The notes beneath the pieces were generated by a model that worked only from the letters and a program-made list of their open reading frames with translations, was not told the origin of the DNA and did no database searches. A program made the translations under genes and the position numbers. Of a stretch of 64,000 nucleotides of DNA, positions 16,463 through 29,309 are shown one piece after another (position 1 is the stretch's first letter; each line of letters begins with the position of its first letter). This DNA comes from Octopus vulgaris (taxonomy: Eukaryota), in the NCBI GenBank assembly GCA_951406725.2, contig OX597829.1, positions 42,284,001 through 42,348,000 of the forward strand, in the 5' to 3' direction.

Positions 16463-17022
16463 TTAAAACACGGAACCTATTGAGTGATAAAATTTGTTGT
16501 GAATGTTCACATGAGAAGTTATAACTTTTAGTCGCCTTTCTAAGGGTAATCCATTTCTGGATGGGTGATAGAAAGTGTCTTCTGTGGTTTTTGTAGACAT
16601 TTGAAAAACCTTTACTTTCGGGAAAGGAACAAATTTATTGTTTTCGAGGCAAAATCTTAAATGTGCTCGCATTTTTGACTGATCAAATAGAAACTTCCCT
16701 GGAGCGTTTCCAATGACCAGTTCAAATGCATACGCCAGGGCAAAAGGGCCACAATCATATGCGCCAACTTGGGGATTAATTATATGAACTTGTTGAATTG
16801 TAGGAGTGATGTTTGTTTGTGGTGAATACAACGTTGATTTTGTGCCATTAGTTCCTGCGAAACTGGTAAATTCAAACTGACATAAATATAAACATCTCCG
16901 AAAAAATTGGTTGATAAAACAAAATGATTGTTCCTGTCGTGTTGAATAAACAGTGTGCGGTGTTGATTGTATGTTAGAAATTCCGTGTGATTATTATTCA
17001 GGTCACTGCATGTGCTCCACAC
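16463..17022 (-). pseudogene. Ulp1/SENP (C48)-like cysteine protease remnant; copies at 49442-50001 (-) and 59081-59640 (+)
   Basis: NNHFVL...YIYVSL followed, after a frameshift, by PQVGAYDCGPFALAYA and FDQSKMRAHL. Confidence 0.7.
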
Positions 17023-17459
17023 AGAAATTGTAGGAGCTGCTTAGAGATATTGCTCGCTCTTCTGTTGGTGGCTAAAACCATGTCAATGTAGGGAATCCCT
17101 TTCGTATTCAGCGAGTATCTGAGGGTCGCAAGTGTCTCGCTTCTTAATCTGTACGCTCTGCCGGAGTTGGGCAACAACAAAAGGGCACGAGGCCACGTGC
17201 AATCCCCTGACAAGTGTCTCATCAAATCAGTGCTGAAACGTGGCTTCTTTCTTATGATCAAAACACGAGTCCACCATTCAAATCCACTTGATTCTCTTAG
17301 TCTGAGATTTGTTGCTATATAGAAAGTAGAAAGCAGGTTCCCTACAGTTGCTTTCGCCTTTTCTTGCTTCTGGAATTGGTATTTTCCCACCTCTTGCAGA
17401 GTTGAATTTGCCTCCAGATTCAAACTGAGTTAGCATTAGACAATAAAAGCAAACTCTGT

Positions 17460-17502
<43 letters not shown>

Positions 17503-17599
17503 TGTCTGTCTATCTATCAGTCTGTCTGATGTCTGCCTATTTGAGTGTGTTTGTCTGAGTGTGTTTGATTAAGACACCAATCTATTTTTTATATTGTAG

Positions 17600-17705
17600 G
17601 ATGTGGGAAAATATTGCCAAGATAGCTAGAGGATGCAAAACGCCATCTGGTGAAAAATTAGCAAGATGGATCAATGCCAAATTCAAGCCACTTAAATGTT
17701 TCTAG
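17600..17705 (+). CDS. Stanniocalcin-like gene copy A, exon 4 (terminal)
   Basis: TTGTAG acceptor; reads (R)MWENIAKIARGCKTPSGEKLARWINAKFKPLKCF*; AATAAA at 17767-17772. Confidence 0.85.
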
Positions 17706-18132
17706 TTACTAGGAAGAATTCAAGATCTACTGTAGTATAAAAAATAACCAATTAATGATTATGAGAAATAAAGTTTGATGCCACTTCTGCTAGATCATTG
17801 CTATTTTTACTGTTATTATTGTTTGTGTTTCCTTGTTTCACCCCAGGGCAGCCTCGAAACAGTGTTAACTGATGTTTCAACCGTAACCATCACGAAATGT
17901 TTTGTCTTTAAATAGATTTTCTCAAATTTAACAAATATTAGTTGATTTGGTTTTTCGTCCATATTTATTTCGAATGTTTATTTGAATAATACAAAGAGAG
18001 GAAAATCATTTGAATCAACAAAAATACTATGAACATAATAGTTAAAGCAACAATAAAATAACAACAAAATCAACAATAAAATGACAACAAAATCAACAAA
18101 ATATGATGCTGCTGCTGATGCTGCTGGTGCTG

Positions 18133-18241
<109 letters not shown>

Positions 18242-18472
18242 CTGCTAAAAGCATGAAAACGACAACATGAATAATTCTTTCTACTATAGTCACAAGGCCT
18301 GGATTTTGTAGGGAGGGTCACAGTCGATCACATCAACCATAGTACTAAACTGGTACTTTAGTTATCGACACCGAAAGGATGAAAAGCAGTCAGCAGCGAT
18401 ATCTCTGCTAGTGATACTCATAGAATCATAGTGAGTAAACAGGCATTATAGTTACACAGACACACACACAAA

Positions 18473-18516
<44 letters not shown>

Positions 18517-18979
18517 TATTCATACAAACACACACATACACACACACAAACATTCATATACAAACACACACATATTTAAAGCACAATATACGCATGTATG
18601 TAAGTCGGTGGTAATCACAGAAAAATCTCCTTTAGTGGACCAGACCACGAACTACATAGGAAACCAATACCTAGGAGTGTAATGTAGAGTCGTATGCAGT
18701 TGTAATGCAGTTAACCTAATGAAGGAGGATTATTTCATGAAGAGTATGTAGATTGTAAAGAAAGTCAGGAGGTATGAGGTGAATATATTTATCTCACAAC
18801 TTGATATCCATAGGATAACATTCATCTCGCAGCCAACATTATGTAGAAATGATTTATTTTAGTGTATAACATATTACTTTACATGCCTGCATTTCGTTTG
18901 GATGCTATAAAAGAACTATTGTACATTTTATAAACCAGCCAATGCAGATATCGAAGGCTGGTTGCTCCAATATTTTCAG

Positions 18980-19047
<68 letters not shown>

Positions 19048-19048
19048 G

Positions 19049-19515
19049 CAGAAATACTAAATTTCTAAATCTCTCGTAGAGTCATGTACGGTGGTGGGGC
19101 GATAGAATTGTTGTATACTGTCAATCTAACACGAACGTGACAGTAGGGGGTACACCACCGCTGTTTAGCACTAGGAAGCATCAACACCTCCTGATTGCTT
19201 TGACACATTTTTCCTGTGTCCTTATATACATTTACGAAGGGGAGACAGATACCCCCAGCCGCCCGGGCTGCATCTAGGGACACGTGTTTCAGGACGATTG
19301 TCCTTCGTCGGCCTAGAGTAGCAGACAGAGGTCAGTTGACGATATCTGTCTCGACTCGTAATGTATATAACTAAATTTCAGTGAAATCTATTCACTGATC
19401 ATCAAAATCAGAAATACTAAATTTCTAAATCTCTCGTAGAGACATGTACGGTGGTGGGGCAATAGAATGTGACCGATGTCTGCTACTCTAGGCCAACGAA
19501 GGACAATCATCCTGA
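19049..19515. mobile_element. 360-bp hammerhead-bearing repeat (retrozyme or Penelope pLTR-like) with partial tandem and inverted arm
   Basis: 19049-19108 repeats at 19409-19468; an inverted arm starts at about 19470. Further copies at 55437-55677 and 56503-57068. Confidence 0.75.
19273..19317 (-). ncRNA. Minimal type I hammerhead ribozyme motif
   Basis: TCTAGG-CCGACGA-AGGAC aatc GTCCT-GAAAC ACGT GTC-CCTAGA. Also at 55606-55650 (-), 56585-56629 (-) and 56799-56843 (+). Confidence 0.75.
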
Positions 19516-21905
19516 CAGCAAAACGGGAGTATTCCTAGTTTTGTGAGCTGAGGAGCCGTAACACTGCTGAAGAAAGATTTAAACAAGAGAAATGTAATAG
19601 ATAACTTTAGGCCCATCACTCTGCTTAATGCAGACTTGAAAATTTTGGCTAAGGTGCTAGCAAAGAGGTTGGCGCTTGTCATCGAGAAACTGGTCGACAG
19701 GGCGCAAACTTGCGCCGTGCCGGGCCGGACCATCCATGACAACCTCCACCTGATGCGCTACATCATAGACATGGTAGTTAACGAACCTGGCATGGGTGGG
19801 GCGCTGATCAACTTGGATCAATCGAAAGTTTTCGATAGGTGGACCATCGATAATTGGAGGCAGTCCTCAGAGCGGCTGGCTTCGGTCCCGTCTTCCGCGG
19901 CTGGATAGCCGCTTTGTACAGAGGCATCCGTTCGGTAATTCGCGTAAATGGACATCTATCGAGACATTTCGACATTGCACGTTCGGTCCGTCAGGGATGC
20001 CCCTCTCGTCGCTTCTATACGTATTGACTCTTGAGCCACTATTGCGGAAGCTGGTAACTTTGAGGTGCATCCCGCGAGAACTGGGATGCGGGACGAGCGT
20101 GTCTGCATACGCGGACGACGTCACCGTCATAGTGTCTAGCCACGAGCACATCGAACAGGTCGGCGAGATACTGAAAAACTGCGAAGCGGTGACAGGAGCG
20201 AAAATCAACCGGGAAAAGTCAGTGGGCTTGCGACTAGGCACCTGGAGAAGCAAGCCCATGTCGTCCACCAGCGCCTCCGTTGTGGGACGCTGGACCGACA
20301 GCCCGGTCGAGTTTCTCGGGGTCTGGTTCGGTCGGACCTCCGAGTGGAGAAGAACTGGAACGAGATAACGTGTAGGGTGGTCACTCTCGCCCGGCAATGG
20401 GCCGAGAGGAAACTGTCCCTAAAAGGTCGGGCGGAGGTGGCGAACACGTACATCGCGTCCGTCATCTACAACCGCCTGACCATCGTGCCTTGTCCCGACC
20501 CGACCATCACCAAACTACAACGCATTCTCTTTCGCTTCTTGTGGAAAGGATGCGTCCCGATGGTCAGGCGATCCATTTGCTGTCAACACCCGTTAAAAGG
20601 AGGACTGGGCATGCCGTGGTTGATGATGCGCAGACACGCGCTGAGACTGCGAAATCTCAGGCTCTTCGTAGACGACGGTGAACAGGTGTGGTCGCCGTTT
20701 GTGAGGCACGCTTTCCCGCAGCTCGTCTCCATGACCGAACTGCAGTCGTGGATCAAAAAGAGGCCGAGGAAGGGCGAATGGCACCGTGAGTGTCGCGTTG
20801 CTCTCAAGCAACTCTGCCGTCCTGGGTCGACCTTGAGTGACTCCATCACAACCAAAGCATTCTATAGGGGATTAGTGGAGGGGAGGTACGACGACGAGCT
20901 CGGGTCGAACCTGGACGTCGACGAGGAATACCTGACCCGCCTGTTCGGGACGACTTTCGGCCCAGGGCCGATGGACAACTTCCAGAGATCCCTGGCCTGG
21001 CAGTGCTACCGAGAAGCGCTACTCGTTCGGGATAAGCTCTACAGACACGGCTCGAGATACACGGGGCCGACCTGCCCGAGATTCGGTCAGAGCGACGAAA
21101 CCGTTCTGCACGCAATCGTGCAGTGTCCAACAATTTCCGACCTGTGGGCTTATGTCGAATGACTGCTGTCACGTGTGGGGCGAGTCGGTTTATCAGCTGA
21201 GTCTATCGTCAATATTGTCACGCCTCCTTCCTTCAAACGGGAAGAAAGAGCTATTTTCATCATCCTTGTGGCTATGGCGAAGGAATGTATCTGATGGACG
21301 CGTCTGAAAGGATTAGAGACAAACACTTTCCTCTCTGGCCAATCTCTCATCAACTTCTTCAAGTACCACTTGAAAAGGAAAGTGAGAGTAGAGAGGCAAG
21401 TTTTGTCTAGCGAATGTTTTAAAAAATTATGGGTGAATGTAGCAACGATGGCACGTATGAATGACGAAGCCACCTTGAGCATAATCCTATGAACCCAGAA
21501 ATTGAAAACAGAGGGTTACCCACTTGCAAACAAATGTGGTAACAAATAACAATATTGACCAAGGTTACCGTGGTCTTTTTCGTAGGATTTTCTTCCCACG
21601 GATAAACCTTATCTGCTTTCTCCTTTACACCGTACATCATGACACTGTGATACACGATCCCCATTGATCGATTTTTAACCCTCCCCCTTCTTTCCTCTTT
21701 TTTCTTTATTTTTCTTTTCTCTTTTTCCCTTTTTTTCTTTTCTTTTTTTCCCTTTTTCGCCTTTTACGATCCCTTTTGATAGAAAAATACCTACGCCACT
21801 TTTTTTTTGTTTCTTTTGCTTTTTGTTTTTTTTATGCCACAAAAGAAAAGCTCTACCTTGTAATTTGTCCCATCTGTGTGCAGCCCTGTGTGGCCAATAA
21901 ATAAA
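19516..21905 (+). mobile_element. Second Tx1/L1-clade LINE, 5' truncated
   Basis: Motifs RPITLLNADLKILAKVLA, LDQSKVFDR, YADDVT, GGLGMP, ETVLHAIVQC; pyrimidine-rich 3' UTR; tail GCCCTGTGTGGCCAATAAA. Confidence 0.9.
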
Positions 21906-22054
21906 ATTATCAATCTATCTACTACTTACATAGAAAATAGATGGCAGCCAATTTTGTCATTGTTGTCTTGAATTGAATTTATGGCATCGTACTTAAATAA
22001 ACCCAGCACTTCCATAATTTTCCATACACTAGATACAATGACAAGAAATGACAT

Positions 22055-22214
22055 CTATCTATCTATCTATCTATCTATCATGTATACACACAACCATACA
22101 TATTTATACACATACACACTTCCATAGGTAAATATATATACGTATGCATATATATACATACATATATGTATATATATGTGTATAAATATGTATACATATA
22201 TATATGTATATATA

Positions 22215-22252
<38 letters not shown>

Positions 22253-22373
22253 CTTATGTATGTATATATGTATATGTATATACATTTATATATGTAATTG
22301 TAGATGTGTGTGAGTATTTATGTATGTGAATATGTATATGTATATACATACATATATATATATATATACATAT

Positions 22374-22422
<49 letters not shown>

Positions 22423-22674
22423 TATTCATATACTTAAAGACTCACACACATATATAATTACATATATATATGTATATACATATATATATATATGTATATA
22501 TATTTATACACATATATGTATGTATATATATGCATATGTATATATATATTTACCTATGGATGCGTGTATGTGTATGAATATGTATGTTTCTGTGTATGCA
22601 TGATAGATAGATAGCTAGCTAGATATATATAGATATAAATAGATAGATAGATAGATAGATATATACATAGATAT

Positions 22675-22756
<82 letters not shown>

Positions 22757-22760
22757 GCAT
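22055..22760. repeat. Compound (TA)n/(TG)n/(GATA)n microsatellite; many more (TA)n, (CA)n, (GA)n, (TAA)n, (TAC)n and (ATC)n arrays occur across the window
   Basis: Direct reading of the sequence. Confidence 0.95.
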
Positions 22761-22973
22761 GTTTACGCAGTTATCTATTCAAAGGCGTTACTTGTCGGCC
22801 AGGCTGTCAGACTATTATATATTAATTGATGTAATTTATAGATAAATGTATCTCATGTTTCATAGAGGAAAAACGCGAAAAGAGAGAGAGGAAGACCCAT
22901 CCATCTTCAGTATTATTCAGGATTCACGCAGGGATATTCGTGAACTTGTATATACCTAGCATATATATACATA

Positions 22974-23022
<49 letters not shown>

Positions 23023-23161
23023 GGACATATATATACATATATTTATTTCTTTATTGCCCACAGGGGGCACTATATATACATATATGGAGAAACTCACACA
23101 TATCTGTATATGACTGCATGATAGCGGGAGAGAGTTAAACGGAACCACTGGCAGCCGACAC

Positions 23162-23169
23162 TATAAATA
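23162..23169 (+). promoter_or_regulatory. TATA box (TATAAATA) of stanniocalcin-like gene B
   Basis: Consensus TATAAATA about 85 bp upstream of the signal-peptide ATG, in a short non-repetitive island. Confidence 0.6.
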
Positions 23170-23249
23170 GACTTGAAGAAGGGATAGCAATATTACGTCG
23201 TTTGCAACAGAAGACATTAAATCTAAGTGAAAAGAAAGAAGTACGAACT

Positions 23250-23355
23250 ATGTGGAAGCTTTTCTCAATTATTTTACTGCAATGGGCATTAACTTCTCAA
23301 GGATTTGAATTTCTGACTGAATACGATTGGGAAGCAGCCATGAAACCCGAAAGAG
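23250..23355 (+). CDS. Stanniocalcin-like gene copy B, exon 1 (signal peptide)
   Basis: ATG at 23250 reads MWKLFSIILLQWALTSQGFEFLTEYDWEAAMKPER+g: basic N-terminus, hydrophobic core, small residues S-Q-G at a likely cleavage site. It ends in phase 1 at donor AG|GTTAGT, matching the phase-1 start of the exon at 41357. TATA box about 85 bp upstream. Confidence 0.75.
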
Positions 23356-23526
23356 GTTAGTGTATGTACGTGTGTATGTATGTTTGTATGTATGTATGTA
23401 TCTATGTATGTATGTATGTATGTAAGATACATACATTTTACGCAGTTATACACTCAAAGCGGTATTTCTCGGCCAAGCCGTCAGACTATAATGTATAAAT
23501 TGACTTAATTTACGTATATACATACA

Positions 23527-23570
<44 letters not shown>

Positions 23571-23947
23571 CTGTCTTGCTTTTTTTACCATTTTTTTTAC
23601 CATTTTTTACCCCTCTGCGAAAAGATCTCAGAATTTTAATTGATTTGCTTTTCGCAGGAAAGAAAGTTTCTTGTCTAAGATACGTCTCGCTTTTATCCTT
23701 CGAAACGTAGAGTAGATGAAACCTTAGCGACTGAAGAAGGGGTTTTTTCGTTGTGTTAATTGTCCTGTACTCCATTTTTTGTTGTTCTTAAAATAATGTC
23801 CTGTTCCTTGGTTTGTGTCTGTTTTTCGTCTCTCTATGTGTTCGACGTCCTTTTGGTGTCCTGTACTCATATATGCGTGTATATGTACATGTAGAGGTAG
23901 GTACGTACATATATGTTTATATATATGCATATGTTTTATTTCTTTTA

Positions 23948-24011
<64 letters not shown>

Positions 24012-24175
24012 GGCGCAGGAGTGGCTGTATGGTAAGTAGCTTGCTAACCAATCACATGGTTGCGGGTTCAGTCCCACAGGGTGACATCTTGGGCAAGTGT
24101 CCTCTGCTATAGCACCGGGCCGACCAATGCCTTGTGAGTGGTTTGGTAGACGGAAACTGAAAGAAGCCTGTCGTA

Positions 24176-24262
<87 letters not shown>

Positions 24263-24430
24263 TTGTGTGTCTGTGTTTAAGTCCCCGTCACCTAGCGGTT
24301 CGGCAAAAGAGATCGATAGTATAAGTACTGGGCTTACAAATAATATGTCCCGGGGTCGATTTGCTCGACTAAAGGCGGTGCTCCAGCATGGCCGCATTCA
24401 AATGACTGAAACAAGTAAAAGAGTAAAAGA

Positions 24431-24472
<42 letters not shown>

Positions 24473-25356
24473 CATTTTATATCTCCCAACTGGCTGACCC
24501 AGTCAGTATTCTTAGCTTCACAATTAAAGACGTTATGTACTTCCGACCACCACTTCTGACGTGTCGTCCATATTGATAAGAAATAATAGACACGAATCCA
24601 ATGGTAACTTTCTGGGCGGTCATAAACAACGTCTACATAAAATACACTCACACACACACACACACACATGCACACAAGATGGCGGGGTGGATCTGAAAGG
24701 TTCCTGGCTTGGAGTAAAAGAAAATGCAGAAGGATCAGTGAATTATGATGTTCCTTTCGGGGTCGATAAATTAAGTACCAGTTACGCACTGGGGTCGGTA
24801 TAATCGACTTAATCCGTTTGTCTGTCCTTGTTTTTCCCCTCTGTGTTTAGCCCCATGTGGGTAGTAAAGAAATATATATTCAACATATCCCCCCCCCCTA
24901 AGATTTAGAAACTTATCGGGGCTATCCTTAAGTATACATATATTTTTAACTTCTGTAAAAGGACTCAGAAAGTTGGGCCCCCAACCCGGCCTTTCGTGAC
25001 CCCCTTAAAACCAAGAAGTTTTCAGCACCGCCTCCTATATATTATAAGCAATATGGAGACTGGCACATTATCAATATTTTTCCAGTTTGTCACACAGTAT
25101 AATTATTTGGATATTTGGTCATTGTAACCAGATAACTGCTGTATGACTAACTGTAAAATGGAAAGGAAAAATTTTGATGATGTACCTGTCTTCTTATTCC
25201 TTTTAATTACTTGAGATCTACAATCCTCATATTATTCATGACCCAGGGAAATGGACTGGGAGTTATCGATCGGAAGAATTACAGCGAAATTGTTAATACT
25301 TAGCTAATATTGGAGCATATTACTACCTGGTGTGTGTGTGTGTGTGTGTGTTTATA

Positions 25357-26238
25357 CAGTAATCCTTCGACTATCTCAGGTGTTTCGTTCCAAATCTCAT
25401 CGCGAAAGAGGGGAATTCGCGAAGTAGAAACATTACTGTTCCGTATATTTATCATTAGTATTTTTATAATTTGTATATATTTATTTTATTATAAATGCAA
25501 AACAACACCACACATTCGCCTCCCGAGTTTCATTTTCCATAAAATATGTACGATTCTTTGTTTACTCATTTATAGTATACTAGGGATTTTCTTTTAATAT
25601 ATCTTAATTAATGTGTTTAATTAAGTTTTAATTCCTACAGTGCAGTATTGTACAGTATTTTCATTTATTTATTAATTATTTGACGTGAAAATGATTATGT
25701 ACAACGCAAAGAATCTTTTCGGTTTGAACGGCAGTTTTTTTCTAGCGGTGTCATATGAAATTGTCACCCATAATTATGACCCTAGTATCGATCTATTGCA
25801 TTTCAAATCTGTTTTAGAGTTAAGGTTAGAGTTAGGGGTGGATGGAAGGGTATCTTTTTTCTTCACAAATGTAAATAAACACATTCTGTTTCTTTAACGA
25901 GGGACATATTCATACGGCACAGAATGATTTTACCTCAATGGACGTAATTGATTGGTTGAAATTGCAGAAATTGAAGAAAAAAGAACAAATATCTTAGAAA
26001 ATATAGAATTTTCTCAATAAAGCCAAGAGAAAAAGATGTTTTATAAACACATTCTACAAGTAGACGAAGTTTGACATTTTTAGTTACCTAGAAATTATGT
26101 TAAAAATTGTTGTTCAAACCGAAAAGATCCCAACACAAATAATTAAATTCTAAAAGGCTGTAAATACCTATCGGCCGCAGAAACTTGAGCTATAGTGATG
26201 ACGTGATAGGTGAATTGCGATATGGCGAGTGACTACTG
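25357..26238. mobile_element. pogo/Tigger-like MITE
   Basis: TA|CAGTAATCCTTCG ... CGAGTGACTACTG|TA termini; no coding capacity. Confidence 0.6.
25711..26130. mobile_element. MITE with ~28-bp TIRs and 9-bp TSD (Mutator-like)
   Basis: Termini GAATCTTTTCGGTTTGAAC... and ...GTTCAAACCGAAAAGATCC; flanks CAACGCAAA and CAACACAAA. Confidence 0.8.
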
Positions 26239-26379
26239 TATGTGTCCGCGCGTGTGTGTGTGTGTATGTGTGTGTGTGTGCGTGTGTGTGTGTGTGTATC
26301 TATATATAAATATACACATACATACATGCATATATATATGAGAATTGGACCGCAATATGGCGAGTGATTACTGTATATA

Positions 26380-26422
<43 letters not shown>

Positions 26423-26721
26423 CCGTGAGGTTGTTAGTTCGAATCCCGAACCGGGCTGCGTGTTGTGTTCTTGAGCAAGACACTTTATTTCACGTCGCTC
26501 CATATCACTCAGCTGTAGAAATGAGTTGCGTCGTCATTGGTGCCAAGCTGTATCGGACTTTGCCTTTCTCTGGGATAACAGTGGTGGCGTGGACAGGGGA
26601 GGCCGGTATACATCGGAGACTACTGGTCTTCCATAATCAACCTTGCCCAGACTTGTGCCTCGGAGGTGAAACTTTCTAGGTGCAATTCCATGTTCATTCG
26701 TGAACGAAGGGGGTCTCCAAT

Positions 26722-26774
<53 letters not shown>

Positions 26775-27091
26775 CACAGTAATCCCTGAATGATCCAATT
26801 TAAATACTGTTGGATTTTCTCATAAAGTATTGGAATCTTACATGTATACCATTTTGCCTTAAAAGTGGATTTACAGATTCAATATCCCTACATATCTGAC
26901 ATCTATTTTCTTTCATCCACCTCACTCTCTATTTAGTTTCATATCATATCTAAATTAACTATTACTTAACTATTCTTTCACACGGTATTCGATGAAGAGA
27001 TATGATAATTATCCTGGAAACGGCTGTAAGACCTTTCTATCTATAAATGTTCTAAACTATACTCACCCTTGGTTTTTATCTCATTACGAAA

Positions 27092-27138
<47 letters not shown>

Positions 27139-27222
27139 ATCCAAACATGAAAACACAACAACGCGAGGACGTGGAACAAATATAATATTATTGGAGGATC
27201 AGGAAAGAAGGAAAGAAGGAGG

Positions 27223-27257
27223 GTTTAACGTTTCGAGCGGAGCTCTTCTTCAGAAAC
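27223..27257 (-). ncRNA. Minimal hammerhead-like motif (Penelope type)
   Basis: GTTT-CTGAAGA-A-GAGC tcc GCTC-GAAACGTT-AAAC. Confidence 0.6.
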
Positions 27258-27334
27258 ATAGGAAAAGGAAAGATCCAAAGAAGGGAAGACGGAGGAAAAA
27301 CATCGCAACGGTACACACGCGGTCACACACACAC

Positions 27335-28513
27335 ATATATATATATATAAAACTGAAATGCGTTTTTACCGCTTGGATCGCTTTCAATGCCACTACGTCC
27401 CGTCCGATTCGCTCCAAAATTTACAGGGACATGTAGAATGAAGTGACGATGCCCGTGGGCTACCTTAGAAATCCCTATCTTAAAAGGTGTGGTTGCTAGG
27501 GGCCATCTTCCTCACTCACGCTATTTCCTCCATTTCCCCCTAACACCCCTTCAAAAATAACTTTGACAATTCCACTCCAGTTATTTAATGTAAAGTTCGT
27601 CAGACGGCGTTCTTTGATGTATCTGTCTGCATTCATAGGGAGAATTATCATCGCCACACGCAATCACCAACACACAATCATGAAAACAAATATCATGAAT
27701 CAGATATTCATTGCGTTCATTTATATAAGTGTGTGTCTGTGTGTTCGATATATACATATGTATATATAATGTATATATACAATGTGTATATATCTGTATT
27801 TATGTATATTAAACTTTTTAATACTTTTTGATTGTTATATATATTTTTAAACTAATTATAAATATAACTTAATAATTTTTATTTTAAATTTAAATAACTT
27901 AAATTTTTCAATTTTATATATTTTTATATTATATTTTTAAAATTTACATGGACATGTAAAATGAAGTGACGATGCCCGTGGGCTACCTTAGAAATATACA
28001 TGTGTATACATTAGACATGTATATATATATATATATGTATACACATGTATATATACACATGTATAAATATATATGTATACACATGTATATATACATATGT
28101 ATATATATATATATATACATGTATAGACACATCTTTAATTAAATTATTGACCGCCTTAAAACGGATTTCAACAGACAAATATTACTATAATGGGGAATTA
28201 AATGTATTTATTTATAAACTTTAAACTGAACTTGAATTGTTTTATAAACCGAACAGCGTGGTGGTACGTAAATAAACGGCGTAAATTAACGAAGGTATAA
28301 ACCTGACGTAAATACACGAAATTGACGTACTTTCACTTCTGACAGCTAACAGCATGACAGTCTGGGTCAACAGTTCGTTTCCTCGGAGGATATGGAAATT
28401 CCTATTACCCGTCAGAGAAATAACTACAGCAGCTCACAACTATTTCAACAAAGACAAGGTTACCTGCTTACCAGTCGAATTCAGCGTCCACGCTCACGTA
28501 TGAGAGAGACTCC

Positions 28514-28561
<48 letters not shown>

Positions 28562-29226
28562 CATATATATATATATATAATGTGTGCATTATGTGGTCGG
28601 TCGGTCGGTTCAGCTGAAAATATGCAGACCTATGTTAAAAGTGCTGGCAAGTTTGCATGACAACTATTTTTTTTCCTCAAATGAAACGCGTTACTTCTAG
28701 GACAAAATTCCTCATCTTATAAAATGTGGCCCCAGCAGACCCGAATGAAATCGGGTTATATTAACCAAAATGAGAAAAGGGGTTTAAATGGGGCTGGAAG
28801 GGGATTAAAATGTAAAGGAGCGGGTGTTTATGAATTCTCTGTTACATCAATGTGTTCATTTATATATGTGTGTGTGTGTGTGTGTTCTATATATAAATAC
28901 ATATATATAATGTATATATACAAAGTGTATATATCTGTATTTATGTATATTAAACTTTTTAATACCTTTTGATAGTTATATATATATTTTTAAACAAATT
29001 ATAAATATAATTTAATTTTTTTAAAAAATTTAAATAATTTATATTTTTCAATTTTATATTTTCTATATTTTCTATATTATATTTTTATTTTAATGTTGTT
29101 GTTTTTGGTTTTTCACTGTTTGATTTGCCTATTAGTGATTTTATCTCTAATTTAATTTACACATATATATATATAATTTGTATACATTTGTATATATAAT
29201 TCGTGCACACACACACACATATATAT

Positions 29227-29309
<83 letters not shown>

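Noticed and set aside
23695-23745. Permuted hammerhead (GAAACGTA...CTGAAGA)
   Set aside because: No convincing stem I pairing.
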